Assembly: GCA_025062195.1 (NCBI GenBank)
Contig: JANXAS010000011.1
Span: 6,149-70,148 of the forward strand
Direction of reading: 5' to 3'
Length of the DNA stretch: 64,000 nt
Source of the DNA: Armatimonadota bacterium
Lineage (GTDB): Bacteria; Armatimonadota; Fervidibacteria; Fervidibacterales; Thermosaccharophagaceae
Part shown: piece by piece, positions 9,104 through 19,438 of the stretch
Numbering within the stretch: the first letter of the stretch is position 1
How the letters are laid out: each line of letters starts with the position of its first letter
Made by a program: the position numbers and the translations under genes
Notes under the pieces: model-generated
Seen by the model: the letters and a program-made list of their open reading frames with translations, nothing else
Database searches by the model: none
Told to the model about the DNA's origin: nothing

Positions 9104-10423
9104 TTATGACATGCGAAAATATGGGCGGTGTTGTGGTGCAAGGTGGCGCTCAACATATTCACCCCATGGCTTCCTATAAGTGCGGCAAAGGTGTTGATTG
9201 GCTTCCTCGTCCCCGATTACCAACTCTTTCTCTGCATCCCATCGTATGACCCTGCCAACCTTGAATGCTATATTCACGAGATGTAAGGCATTGGTTGAAA
9301 GGTGCCCCCATTCAATCGGCGCAACAGTTTGCTCACGGCTTTTTACACAATCAAGGAAGTTGCGCACATGGGGCGGGTGCTGCGGAGAGCCGCCGCGTTT
9401 CATTGGTTCCCCTCTTCCGGGCTCCGGTATCACCTCAAAACCTTCTCGAGTCAACACGAGCGTCCCATTTGTGCCATAGAAGGCTATGCCGTAGCCTTTT
9501 CCTTCAATTGGGCGCGCATTTGTATGATAGACGGAAGCTTGCACATAGAAATCGCCATAGTCAAGGAAGCCATCTTGAGTGTCCGGCGTCTCCCTATTGT
9601 CCTGAAGAGCGTATTTGCCACCAACTGACATGGCTGTCTTTGGAGCAGTCACGCCGAGTATCCAGTGGACTGTGTCAATGTGGTGTATTGCCCATGCAAG
9701 CATGAATCCACCCGAGTAATCCCAAAAGAACCAGTAGCCCGGCGCATTGCACCTATTGCGGTTGAACTTCCGGTATGGAGCAGGTCCAAGCCACATATCC
9801 CAATCAACGCCTGCTGGCGGATTTTCATCCGGAGGGCTGCCTATACCGAATGGCGTTTCGTTCCACGCGTTCCAGAAGCGCACCCTTACAATTTTACCGA
9901 TGACACCCTTTCGTATCAAATCCCTTGCTTCGGCATAGTGAGCACCGCTAAGCTGCTGTGTGCCATGCTGCGTGACTCTCTTAAATCTCTTTGCAGCATT
10001 AACTGCAGCTCTGCCCTCGGCTATGTTGTGGCTGAGCGGCTTTTCAACATAGACATCCTTTCCAGCTTCACACGCTGCTATAGTTTGGATGCAATGCCAA
10101 TGGTCTGGTGTAGCTATGAATACGGCGTCAATATCCTTTCGGTCAAGCAGCTGCCTGAAGTCCCTGTATGGTGTAGCCTTCCCGTCGGTCAGCTTGACAG
10201 CTGCTGCGAGCCTGTCGTCCTTCACATCACAAACTGCTGCTACAGCAACATCTTTATTTGCCATCGCCATACTCATGAGACCCTGCCCCATACCACCAAC
10301 ACCTATGAAGCCGAGGGTTATTTTTTCGTTAGCACCAAATGGTGAAGCGGAGCGAAAAGTTAAGAAAAGAGCGCCGGCTCCAACAAATTGCCGTCTTGAG
10401 AGCTTTGATATTTTGCCCCCCAT
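9104..10423 (-). CDS. Gfo/Idh/MocA-family oxidoreductase with twin-arginine signal
   Basis: 439 aa. SRRQFVGAGALFL Tat-like leader, LGFIGVGGMGQG Rossmann motif and VYVEKP motif. Confidence 0.85.
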   Translation of the reverse strand: MGGKISKLSRRQFVGAGALFLTFRSASPFGANEKITLGFIGVGGMGQGLMSMAMANKDVAVAAVCDVKDDRLAAAVKLTDGKATPYRDFRQLLDRKDIDAVFIATPDHWHCIQTIAACEAGKDVYVEKPLSHNIAEGRAAVNAAKRFKRVTQHGTQQLSGAHYAEARDLIRKGVIGKIVRVRFWNAWNETPFGIGSPPDENPPAGVDWDMWLGPAPYRKFNRNRCNAPGYWFFWDYSGGFMLAWAIHHIDTVHWILGVTAPKTAMSVGGKYALQDNRETPDTQDGFLDYGDFYVQASVYHTNARPIEGKGYGIAFYGTNGTLVLTREGFEVIPEPGRGEPMKRGGSPQHPPHVRNFLDCVKSREQTVAPIEWGHLSTNALHLVNIAFKVGRVIRWDAEKELVIGDEEANQHLCRTYRKPWGEYVERHLAPQHRPYFRMS

Positions 10424-10598
10424 GAAACATCACCTCACATTGCGCTTGCGGCTTTGCCGAGCGCTATTTTATGAGCATCGCTATATTTTGGCTTTCCATC
10501 CAAAACAAAGGTTGCCAAACTTAAGCCATCCATGCTGCTTAGTGTGGGTGCAAACGAGTTAAAATTCTGTGCAGCTATAAGGAGGGGGTGAGAAGGCT

Positions 10599-11153
10599 AT
10601 GATTACACGGCAACAGGCATGGCAATGGGTTTGTGAGTGGGTGAGCAATGAGAATTTAAGAAAGCATCTGCTCGCCGTTGAGGCTGCGATGCGCCACTAC
10701 GCGCGCATTTATGGTCAGGACGAAGATGTTTGGGGGCTCGCTGGATTACTCCACGACATCGATTATGAGCGTCATCCCGAACCACCGGAGCACCCACAAG
10801 TTGGCGCTCAGTTCTTGCGCGAGAATGGTGTCCCGCAAGAAATCGTTGAGGCGATACTTGGGCACGCCAACTGGACTGGTGTGCCGCGCAATTCACTCAT
10901 GGCTAAGGCACTCTATGCCTGTGACGAACTTACAGGCTTGCTTGTCGCTACGGCGCTTGTCATGCCGAGTAAAAAGCTATCGGAGGTCAAGGTTGATTCT
11001 GTAGTGCGCAAAATGAAGGACAAATCTTTTGCGAGGAAGGTTGACAGGCAAGCAATCGTTGATGGCGCAAACGAACTTGGCATGCCACTTGAAGAGCACA
11101 TCGCTAATGTGTTAGCAGCAATGCAGGGCATAGCCGAGCAACTTGGGTTGTAA
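10599..11153 (+). CDS. HD-domain phosphohydrolase
   Basis: 184 aa. H...LLHDIDYE HD signature. ATG preceded by AAGGAGGGGGTGA. Confidence 0.75.
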   Translation: MITRQQAWQWVCEWVSNENLRKHLLAVEAAMRHYARIYGQDEDVWGLAGLLHDIDYERHPEPPEHPQVGAQFLRENGVPQEIVEAILGHANWTGVPRNSLMAKALYACDELTGLLVATALVMPSKKLSEVKVDSVVRKMKDKSFARKVDRQAIVDGANELGMPLEEHIANVLAAMQGIAEQLGL

Positions 11154-11178
11154 CTGACATTCGAGGGGGTGATGGCGT

Positions 11179-12063
11179 ATGATGGATAGACGGAATTTCC
11201 TTATAAGCGTGGCTGCATTTCTTGGCGGGAGGGCGTTTGGCGTTATTGAAGGGGGTGAGGAGAAATTGAAATCGCCAACACAGCTTGTGTCGCTCGGTAA
11301 AACAGGGATAAAAGCAACACTTGTCGGAATAGGCACTGGTATGCGTGGTTGGATGCGCCAATCAAACCACACGCGGATGGGAAAAGAGGCGTTTATCAGG
11401 CTAATCAGGCATGCATATGATAGGGGCATAAGATTTTTTGATGTAGCAGACCTGTATGGGACGCACACATTCTTGAGAGATGCAATTAAGGGAATACCGA
11501 GAGAGGACATTGTCATCCAATCAAAGATTTGGTTCCGCAAGGAGGGCTTGCCGGAACAAGTCACAGATGCAATGGAAGCAGTTGAGCGTTTTCGCCGTGA
11601 ACTTGGCACCGATTACATTGACATTGTGCTCTTGCATTGCACCACTGATGGTGGATGGCTTGACCAGCTTAAACGAATGCGTGAGCAGCTCTCGGAAGCC
11701 AAAGAGAAAGGCATCATCAAAGCACATGGGACTTCCTCGCATAGCATTGATGCACTGAAAGCTTCTCTTGCTTCGGATTGGGTTGATGTGCAGCTTGCCC
11801 GCATAAATCACGCTGGAAGTCATATGGATGGCAAGCCCGACGAAGTAGCCGAGTTGCTGCGCAAGATGCGTTCCGCCAATAAGGGTGTAATCGGGATGAA
11901 GATATTTGGTGAGGGCACCTTTAGGGCAAAGGAGCAGCGCTGGGCAAGCTTGCATTTTGTATTGACGCAGCGTTGCGTGGATACATTCATTATCGGCTTT
12001 GAGCGCCCAAGTGAGATTGATGAGACCATAAAGATGGTTGAGGAAATACTTGTCTCACTCTAA
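11179..12063 (+). CDS. Aldo/keto reductase with twin-arginine-like leader
   Basis: 294 aa. MMDRRNFLISVAAFLGG leader. AKR blocks GIRFFDVADLYG, IQSKIW and DIVLLHC. Confidence 0.8.
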   Translation: MMDRRNFLISVAAFLGGRAFGVIEGGEEKLKSPTQLVSLGKTGIKATLVGIGTGMRGWMRQSNHTRMGKEAFIRLIRHAYDRGIRFFDVADLYGTHTFLRDAIKGIPREDIVIQSKIWFRKEGLPEQVTDAMEAVERFRRELGTDYIDIVLLHCTTDGGWLDQLKRMREQLSEAKEKGIIKAHGTSSHSIDALKASLASDWVDVQLARINHAGSHMDGKPDEVAELLRKMRSANKGVIGMKIFGEGTFRAKEQRWASLHFVLTQRCVDTFIIGFERPSEIDETIKMVEEILVSL

Positions 12064-12202
12064 GTTTTGGTGCGAGATTTGTCTCTTATCATGCTCCCAA
12101 AGGCAAATGGAGCGCTGTTCAAAAGGGCTCTAAGGATTTGAAGGCAGGGACAGATTCAAGAACGGTGGGAACAGTTCTGGCACGGTAAACTGCGTCTTCG
12201 GG

Positions 12203-15055
12203 GTGATGAGAGTGTTTCCTAATGGCATCAAGGTGAGTGCGATATACATGCTCACTTTTCTCTGGTGGCTTGCTATTGCAACGGCACGGGGAGAAGGTGA
12301 AAGCGTCGTGTCAGCTGATGTTGAGAAAGTTTTGGCTGAGTGGAACTTTGAGAGGGTAGGCGACCTTGAGGGATGGCAACCAAACTCGCACATGAAGGAT
12401 GTAAGTGTGAAGGACAGCATACTCAGCTTCGCCACATCTGGCAGTGACCCAATACTTGAGCTTCGCCCGTTGATTGACATTCCAACATCACCATGGCAGG
12501 CGATTGAAATACGGATGCTCGCCACAAAGGATGGCATAGCTGAATTCTTTTGGAGCAACACGACGCAGACCAAGTATGGTGGCTTTGCCCCGGAGAAAAG
12601 CACGCGCTTCTATGTCTATGGCGATGGCAAGTGGCGCACATATCGTGTGACACCGTTTTGGCATCCTGAGGGAAAGATCATCAGGCTGCGATTTGACCCA
12701 TATGATGGTGCATCGTTTTCCATTGACTTTATTCGCGTCGTGCAGCTTAAAGTCCCACATCAGATTGAGGGTGCTGAATTTGAATTCATTGGCACAGACT
12801 GCGCTTGGAGAGCAATTGGCGGGATAAACCTGTCTGCTGGGAAAAGTGGACTGCAAATTAACATTCAGGATGTGCATGGATACCTTATAAGCCCGCCAAT
12901 TTCAATCAATGCCGAAAAGGAAAGCTATATCTCGCTTTGCATGTCTGCAGACAAAGGTGAGGTCGCCACAATTGCATTCGTCTCAGAGAAGTCGCACCAC
13001 CTTCAAATCTTCACCTTCCCAATAGTCGCCGATGGGAAGGAGCGCACATACACATTGGACATGCTCTCATCGCCGCGCTGGCAAGGAAGGATTATAGCTG
13101 TTGGGCTTCGTCCGAGTGACAAAATTGGCGCAAAATGCATTTTGAGATGGGTGCGCGTTACGGACAAGCCCGTCGGGGAGCCACACATCGCAATAACATC
13201 TTTTGCTCCGGAAGATGCGCCTCTCAGGGTCGGCAAACCAGCTACGCTTACGGCGATCATTGCTAACAGGGGTGGAGAGCCTGCGGTAAATGTGCAGACA
13301 TCGCTTGAGCTGCCAAAGGGTGCACGCACAATCGAGGTTGATGTAAGCGCTGCGGGCGTGACTAAGAAACCCAATGGCACAATTGCATTGACCAAACTCT
13401 CCTTCGGTGATTTAGCTATATGGCGCTGGAGGGTGATTTCAGAGAAACCCATAACAGGTGAGGCGAGGCTTCATGTGAAAGCTCTTAACGCACCACCTGT
13501 AACGACAACGCTAAAATTCTCATTCAAGCCCGCACTTAAGCTTCCAAGGGCAAGTTATGTCCCTGAACCGAAGCCTGTCCGTGGCAAGTATGATGTTGGT
13601 GTTTACTACTTCCCGGGCTGGAAGACAGCATCGCAATGGATGCCGATAATCAGTTTCCCCGAAAGGAAGCCGTTGCTTGGTTGGTATCGTGAGGGCGATC
13701 CCGAAGTCGCCGATTGGCACATCAAGTGGGCTGTTGAGCATGGCATTACCTTCTTCGCCTACGACTGGTATTGGGTGCGTGGAGCAAGGCAGTTGGAACA
13801 TGCCTTACATGATGGCTACATGAGGGCACGCTATAGACACATGCTCAAGTTTTGCCTGCTTTGGGCAAACCACAACCCGCCAAATACATCATCGCTTGAA
13901 GACTGCATAGCTGTAACTCGTTTTTGGATTGAGCATTACTTTCGCCGCCCCGAATATTTGACCATAGATGGAAAGCCAGTCGTTATCATCTTCAGCACAC
14001 ACCGATTGAGCGAAGACTTGGGCACTTATGAAAATGTGCGCAAGGCATTTGATGCCATGAGGGGTGAATGCATCAAAGCCGGCTTACAAGGGCTTTACAT
14101 CATTGCGTGCGTCGGCAACGCTGCACACGCAGAGATGGCAGCCAAAGAGGGATATGACGCTGTGACGGCTTACAATTGGCCAACACTTGGCATGCCGCCA
14201 AGTTTGAGGCGAGCCTCGTTTGACAGCCTAATAGAAGCATACCGCAGGAATTGGGAGGACATAGCAGTTAGGAGTCCGATACCGCTCATGCTCCCAATAA
14301 GCGGCGGTTGGGATAGCCGACCTTGGCACGGTGAGAATGCATTAGTGCGATATGGACGGACGCCCGAAAACTTTAGACGCCACTTGCAGGATGCAAAACG
14401 CATGCTTGAAGACGAGCGCTTTAAAGGCAAGCTATTGCCGATGGTGCTGATTGAAGCATGGAATGAGTGGGGTGAGGGCAGCTACATTGAGCCGCATGCC
14501 GAATTCGCTTTCGGTTACCTTGACGCTATACGAGAAGTGTTTACCGACGCCCCAAAGGAGCATGCCGATATAACCCCATCGGATGCTGGGTTAGGTCCAT
14601 ATGAAGTAACTTTTTTGCCGAGCAGGGCTGCATGGGAGTTTGAACAGGATGACGAGGGTTGGGCTAACACAATGGGCATGAGGAACATAACTGTGATTGG
14701 CAAAGCTATCTGTGCTATCACAACATCAAACGACCCGGCGTTTTTCGGACCACCAATTCGTGTTGAGGTGGGTCAGTTTAAGTTCGTCCATTTAAGGATG
14801 CGTTTAAGAAGGTTAGATGGCGTCCACTTCAAAGACATAGGTCAGGTCTTTTGGCGCACAGCAACGATACCGGAGAGCGAGGTGACAAGTGTCAGGTTTG
14901 AAGTAATTGGCGATGGCGAGTGGCATGATTATGTGCTCAATGTCTCTGAGAATGTTCGTTGGCGCGGTATCATAACACGCCTTCGCCTTGACCCATGCAC
15001 TCAGCCCGATGTGCATGTTGAAGTTGACTTCATCAAGCTTATTGGTGAAAGGTGA
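12203..15055 (+). CDS. Secreted multidomain protein with central GH99-like/WbsX-like domain flanked by three copies of an uncharacterised ~140-aa module
   Basis: 950 aa with a hydrophobic leader. The central block GVYYFPGWK...KPLLGWYREGDPEV...HGITFFAYDWYW resembles the WbsX/GH99-like family. Modules at aa ~45-185, ~190-320 and ~800-950 share W.FE..EGW, I.(I/L)RM, GDG.W..Y, LR.DP and DFI(R/K). Confidence 0.55.
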   Translation: MMRVFPNGIKVSAIYMLTFLWWLAIATARGEGESVVSADVEKVLAEWNFERVGDLEGWQPNSHMKDVSVKDSILSFATSGSDPILELRPLIDIPTSPWQAIEIRMLATKDGIAEFFWSNTTQTKYGGFAPEKSTRFYVYGDGKWRTYRVTPFWHPEGKIIRLRFDPYDGASFSIDFIRVVQLKVPHQIEGAEFEFIGTDCAWRAIGGINLSAGKSGLQINIQDVHGYLISPPISINAEKESYISLCMSADKGEVATIAFVSEKSHHLQIFTFPIVADGKERTYTLDMLSSPRWQGRIIAVGLRPSDKIGAKCILRWVRVTDKPVGEPHIAITSFAPEDAPLRVGKPATLTAIIANRGGEPAVNVQTSLELPKGARTIEVDVSAAGVTKKPNGTIALTKLSFGDLAIWRWRVISEKPITGEARLHVKALNAPPVTTTLKFSFKPALKLPRASYVPEPKPVRGKYDVGVYYFPGWKTASQWMPIISFPERKPLLGWYREGDPEVADWHIKWAVEHGITFFAYDWYWVRGARQLEHALHDGYMRARYRHMLKFCLLWANHNPPNTSSLEDCIAVTRFWIEHYFRRPEYLTIDGKPVVIIFSTHRLSEDLGTYENVRKAFDAMRGECIKAGLQGLYIIACVGNAAHAEMAAKEGYDAVTAYNWPTLGMPPSLRRASFDSLIEAYRRNWEDIAVRSPIPLMLPISGGWDSRPWHGENALVRYGRTPENFRRHLQDAKRMLEDERFKGKLLPMVLIEAWNEWGEGSYIEPHAEFAFGYLDAIREVFTDAPKEHADITPSDAGLGPYEVTFLPSRAAWEFEQDDEGWANTMGMRNITVIGKAICAITTSNDPAFFGPPIRVEVGQFKFVHLRMRLRRLDGVHFKDIGQVFWRTATIPESEVTSVRFEVIGDGEWHDYVLNVSENVRWRGIITRLRLDPCTQPDVHVEVDFIKLIGER

Positions 15056-15061
15056 TATGAT

Positions 15062-18000
15062 ATGTCATCCAACCACCTTCAAATTGACTTAAAGCTGCGG
15101 TGCACACTCACGGTGGCTCTTTCATTTTTTCTGTTGGGCGCTAATTGCCCAGGCTTGGAGGGCAAAACAAATAGCCGACCTTGGGAGGTTGACTTGAGCG
15201 GCGAATGGAAATTCAAAGCTGGTGATGATGAACATTACGCATCGCTGCAGTTTGACGATTCAAGGTGGGAGACGCTGTATGCGCCAGCTTTGTGGGATGG
15301 GCAGGGTTATTCCGATTATGATGGCTATGGTTGGTATCGCAAATGGTTTTTCGTCCCAAAGGAACTGAGTGGGAAGGAAATCTTGTTTGAGCATGGTGGC
15401 GTAGATGACAACGATTGGGTTTACATTAACGGTGTGAAGGTCGGTGAGGGGAAGGGATGCTACATTCCCCGCAGCTACATCATTCCAGCAAAGCTCATAA
15501 AATATGGCGGGCGCAACTTGATAGCAATCCGTATTTACGACGGGGCAATGGGTGGCGGATTGGCAAGAAGCCCTCTGAGGGTGAGAGAGATGAGGCTTAG
15601 CGACCGCATAGCGATAAGCGGTGTGAGCATAGTTGGCAATGTGGGTAGTAGAGTGATGACGCTCACCATGACGCTGATGAGCAAGGATGGCAAACCACAC
15701 AAGCCTAAGTTGAGCGTGAGTGTAGTTGACCATTTTCTCAGGAAGCGCTTTCATAGATCGCTTGAGAGCCCCATCCAACCCAACGAACGGAAAGAGTTGG
15801 AATTCCAGTTTGAAGGCGGGGATAGCAAGGACTACCGTGTGAATGTCGAGCTGGCTGAGGGCAACGAGCGCGATCAATTGTTCTGGCATATCTTGAGCGA
15901 TATAACGAGCGGCATGCGCCCGACAATCGTCCTTTCTGGCGATTGGGAGATGATGCTTCCACCGGATGACAAGCTGTCGTTCCCACCAACTGGTAACTGG
16001 CAACCGATCAAGGTGCCGATGCTCAGCTGGGGAGGTTGGAGTGGAAAGAATCATCGGGTATGGTTTAGAAAACAATTTGAGATGCCAGGAGAGTTTTTTG
16101 GCAGGCGTATTATCCTTCGTTTTGAAGCGGTGGCTCATCATGCCGTAGTCTATGTGAATGGAAAGATGATAGGAGAGCACCTTGGTGGCTTTGAGCCATT
16201 TGAGTTTGACATAACTGAGGCAGCAATGGTGGGTGCTAAGAACGAGCTGCTCGTTGGCGTGACAGATTGGGTTGCCGGATTGGTTGAAGGTATCACACCG
16301 CCGGATGACACAGAAAAGATGCCCAAGGATTCAATGCTCATACCTTACGGTAATCGCCCGCAAGCAAGGCGTGGCATATGGGACGATGTGTTTGTGTATG
16401 CCAGAAACGCTTTGCACATTGCCGATGGGTTCATCATCACATCGGTTCGCAACAAAACTTTGACGGTCAAAGTCAGGCTGCAAAACGATACTGACAATGC
16501 TGCAAGCGTTGATTTAATTGGTGATGTATATGATGGCGATGTTAAAATGCTCTCATTGCCAAAGAAGTCCGTAACGGTGCCGGCGCACGGGAGCGTTGAT
16601 ATTGAACTTAGCAAGCCCGTGTCTTTGGAGGATAATGGCGCTGGCAAGAGAGCAAGCAAAGCCTTCAGGCTGTGGTTCCCACATGAACCATACCTTTATC
16701 GGCTGGCACTTCAATTGTTTAAGGATGGGCAGAGGGTTGATGAGCTGAACTTGCGCTTTGGCTTCCGTGAGATTTGGATTGATGGCATTGACTACCGGCT
16801 GAACGGGCGCATATTTAAATTGCGCGGTTTAGGTTGCCCACCAACCACTGCAACGCGTGAAGAGATACGGCATTACTACCTTGAGCGTTTGAAAGCCAAC
16901 TTCACGCTCGTTCGCTTTCACATGCAACCTCGCCAAAGGCACTTTTACGAGATAGCTGATGAAGTTGGCATGTGCCTCAAGGATGAGTCGGCGTTTTACT
17001 GTGCTGCAAATGTTTATGCCCTCGGTGAAGAGCGCCTCTGGCGCAACTTGAGTGAACACATAGCTGGCATGGTGATGCGTTCTCGCAATCATCCATCACT
17101 GCTAATTTGGAGCGTAGAGAACGAGATACTTCACTGTGGCGGAATGCGCATAAATGGGACTGATGAGCGTATCTACGAACTTGGCAAGCTCATAATGAAG
17201 CTTGACCCAACAAGACCAATTGAGTTTGAAGGCGATGGTGATGTAAACGGGCGTGCAGCGACAGTAAACATTCACTACCCAAGGGAGTTCGGCTGCCACG
17301 ACCACAACCTTTTCCCAAACGATGCCTATTGGCTCGGTAAAGAGGGGAATGATAGATGGCCACGGGAACTCATCTGGAAGCGTGACAAGCCATTAATAAT
17401 CGGCGAGTTCTGTTATTACCCATACAGCCGTCCACCCGGTGGCGTTTCCATATTCCTCGGGGATGCAGTTTATGTTAACCGTGAGATTGAGAGAGAAGCG
17501 CACCGAATTGGTGTTAGGATGTTATGCGATGGCACAAGGCGCATGGGGGTTGCCGGGCTTAATCCTTGGGTGGATGACTTGCGCTACAGCACTGAATGCT
17601 TGAAGCCAATAGCTGCCACGCTCAATCAATATGACAAGACCTTCTTATCCGGAGAGACAGTTGAGCGTGAGATAGCTGTTCACAATGACACATTGCACAG
17701 GCGCAAGTTGACTTTGACCGCCTCGGTCAAAGTCGGCAATGCTTTGTTGGCAAAGCGAAGCTTCAACTTGGACATGGATTGTGGTGAAATGCGCATTGTT
17801 AAGTTTGCTTGGCAGATGCCGAGCGTTAAGGAACGCACCAAGGCGTCGCTCAAGTTGAGCATACAAGATGGCGCAAGAGTCGTGTTTGATGAGGAACATA
17901 AGCTTTGGGTCTTCTCAAGGACACGATTGCAGATTCCAAAGGGTTTAAAGGTTGCCCTGTTTGATCCAGCTGGTGAAACTGCAAAAGCGCTCGCTAAGCT

Positions 18001-19165
18001 TGACTTGCATCCGCAAACACTTGGCGGCTTGAATGGTAAATTTCTTCAACAGGTTAACCTGCTCCTCATCGGTAAAGGCGCCACCGAAACTGAGGCGTTT
18101 AAGTCAGGTGTGAATGCGCTGCTCAAATTCATCCATGATGGTGGGATGGCATTTTGCTTTGAGCAATTATCGCAGCCTGAATGGCTGCCGATACAGCTTC
18201 GTTTGGATACACGCAGGGCTGCAACTATGGCTTATATCAGACATTCATCTCATCCGTTGCTTGATGGAATGCAACCGGATGATTTTAAATGGTGGCGCGG
18301 CGACCATTTCGTTGCGCGCTCATCGTTTGTAAAGCCATCCCGAGGGGCATTCCGAATATTGGTTGAATGCGGTGGCAGGGGTGGGCTTCGTTGGACACCA
18401 CTTGTTGAGCTGCTGTATGGAAGCGGGGCGCTCATAATGTGCCAGCTTGAGCTGACCGACAAACTGCCAGTTGAGCCGATAGCTCAAAAGCTGATGCATA
18501 ACTTGTTTGCGTATGCCATCTCATTCAAGCCATCCTCAATGAAGCGTATCGCGCTTATCTCTCCAAAGGGTTCACCGATGTTAAAGGCGTTTAAGGACAT
18601 AGGTATGCCGTTTGACGATGTTGCTCATCGCTTTGATGAGGTCAATTTTGATTCCTATGGGTTGCTCCTAATTGACGGTGATCTGCTTGAGCTATGCAAG
18701 GGGCGGCTGGATGAATTGCGCTCATTTATCTCCCGTGGCGGTATTGTATGGATACATCAACCAAAGTCGGTTGAACTTTTGCGCCGGATGACTTTGCGAG
18801 TCGTCGGATTGACGAAACAAAAGCTCGGCGGAAGAATCGTGAAGGCAAGCGATGATGAACTGCTTGCCAGCATCAGCAACTCCGACCTGTTTTGGTATCG
18901 TGAAGATTGCTGGTATGCTGATTGGGAGGGGCGCGGCAGCGGGTTAATTGATGACCCAGCCATCAGTGTTATTGAGCTTGCTGAAGGCGACGGAGTGAAG
19001 GCTCTCACAAAGCCGTGCGCATTGGCAAAGATAGAGATTGGAAATGGCTTTTTGCTCATTGATACACTGCGCTTGACAGACCCACCAAGCGAAGTCCGTG
19101 ACAAAGCTATGCGAATACTCTCGGCATTGCTGACAAGCCTTTTTTTTGCAACAGCGATAAGCTGA
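15062..19165 (+). CDS. Glycoside hydrolase family 2 protein (very long form)
   Basis: 1367 aa with a signal-like leader. Two GH2 N-terminal sugar-binding-type domains (YDGYGWYRKWF...VYINGVKVGE and HRVWFRKQFEMP...VYVNGKMIGEHLGGFEPFEFDIT). WSVENE catalytic block. Long C-terminal extension. Confidence 0.75.
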   Translation: MSSNHLQIDLKLRCTLTVALSFFLLGANCPGLEGKTNSRPWEVDLSGEWKFKAGDDEHYASLQFDDSRWETLYAPALWDGQGYSDYDGYGWYRKWFFVPKELSGKEILFEHGGVDDNDWVYINGVKVGEGKGCYIPRSYIIPAKLIKYGGRNLIAIRIYDGAMGGGLARSPLRVREMRLSDRIAISGVSIVGNVGSRVMTLTMTLMSKDGKPHKPKLSVSVVDHFLRKRFHRSLESPIQPNERKELEFQFEGGDSKDYRVNVELAEGNERDQLFWHILSDITSGMRPTIVLSGDWEMMLPPDDKLSFPPTGNWQPIKVPMLSWGGWSGKNHRVWFRKQFEMPGEFFGRRIILRFEAVAHHAVVYVNGKMIGEHLGGFEPFEFDITEAAMVGAKNELLVGVTDWVAGLVEGITPPDDTEKMPKDSMLIPYGNRPQARRGIWDDVFVYARNALHIADGFIITSVRNKTLTVKVRLQNDTDNAASVDLIGDVYDGDVKMLSLPKKSVTVPAHGSVDIELSKPVSLEDNGAGKRASKAFRLWFPHEPYLYRLALQLFKDGQRVDELNLRFGFREIWIDGIDYRLNGRIFKLRGLGCPPTTATREEIRHYYLERLKANFTLVRFHMQPRQRHFYEIADEVGMCLKDESAFYCAANVYALGEERLWRNLSEHIAGMVMRSRNHPSLLIWSVENEILHCGGMRINGTDERIYELGKLIMKLDPTRPIEFEGDGDVNGRAATVNIHYPREFGCHDHNLFPNDAYWLGKEGNDRWPRELIWKRDKPLIIGEFCYYPYSRPPGGVSIFLGDAVYVNREIEREAHRIGVRMLCDGTRRMGVAGLNPWVDDLRYSTECLKPIAATLNQYDKTFLSGETVEREIAVHNDTLHRRKLTLTASVKVGNALLAKRSFNLDMDCGEMRIVKFAWQMPSVKERTKASLKLSIQDGARVVFDEEHKLWVFSRTRLQIPKGLKVALFDPAGETAKALAKLDLHPQTLGGLNGKFLQQVNLLLIGKGATETEAFKSGVNALLKFIHDGGMAFCFEQLSQPEWLPIQLRLDTRRAATMAYIRHSSHPLLDGMQPDDFKWWRGDHFVARSSFVKPSRGAFRILVECGGRGGLRWTPLVELLYGSGALIMCQLELTDKLPVEPIAQKLMHNLFAYAISFKPSSMKRIALISPKGSPMLKAFKDIGMPFDDVAHRFDEVNFDSYGLLLIDGDLLELCKGRLDELRSFISRGGIVWIHQPKSVELLRRMTLRVVGLTKQKLGGRIVKASDDELLASISNSDLFWYREDCWYADWEGRGSGLIDDPAISVIELAEGDGVKALTKPCALAKIEIGNGFLLIDTLRLTDPPSEVRDKAMRILSALLTSLFFATAIS

Positions 19166-19438
19166 AGGGTTTATACCGTCTCAAAAAATGGTGTGTAACC
19201 CGACTTGCTGTAGTAGGGCAACCGAACAAATGAGCAGCGGACAATGAATCCTTCTTGTGTGTAGTTTCTTTCGCCACAAAATTTGTTCAAAAATCTTTTG
19301 GATGGATGTGGTCTGCCTGGAAAAAGTCATAATGAAAACAACGATGAAGGTGGCTTAATAGCTGCCCTCGCCTTCAGGTGCACAACTTCTTAATCAATAG
19401 AGCAGCGTTAGCAATTTGCTGGCTTTCGGCTCGCAGCA

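Noticed and set aside
9665-10345. 226-aa plus-strand ORF.
   Set aside because: It is entirely antisense to the well-supported Gfo/Idh/MocA gene and its sequence is low-complexity and implausible.
10442-10475. GCGCTTGCGGCTTTGCCGAGCGC followed by TATTTTAT in the Gfo/HD divergent region, considered as a terminator or attenuator.
   Set aside because: The stem is imperfect (internal mismatches) and no upstream plus-strand gene exists. The evidence is too weak to list as a feature.
12178-12193. TGGCAC-GGTAAA-CTGC, a sigma-54-like motif upstream of the GH99-like gene.
   Set aside because: The GG-to-GC spacing is 1 nt too long, and the motif ends only 10 nt before the start codon, leaving no room for a leader or RBS.
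15260-16180. 306-aa minus-strand ORF.
   Set aside because: It is antisense to the GH2 gene, which has clear family motifs in this region. It is His/Pro/Ala-rich and shows the shadow-frame character typical of antisense ORFs.
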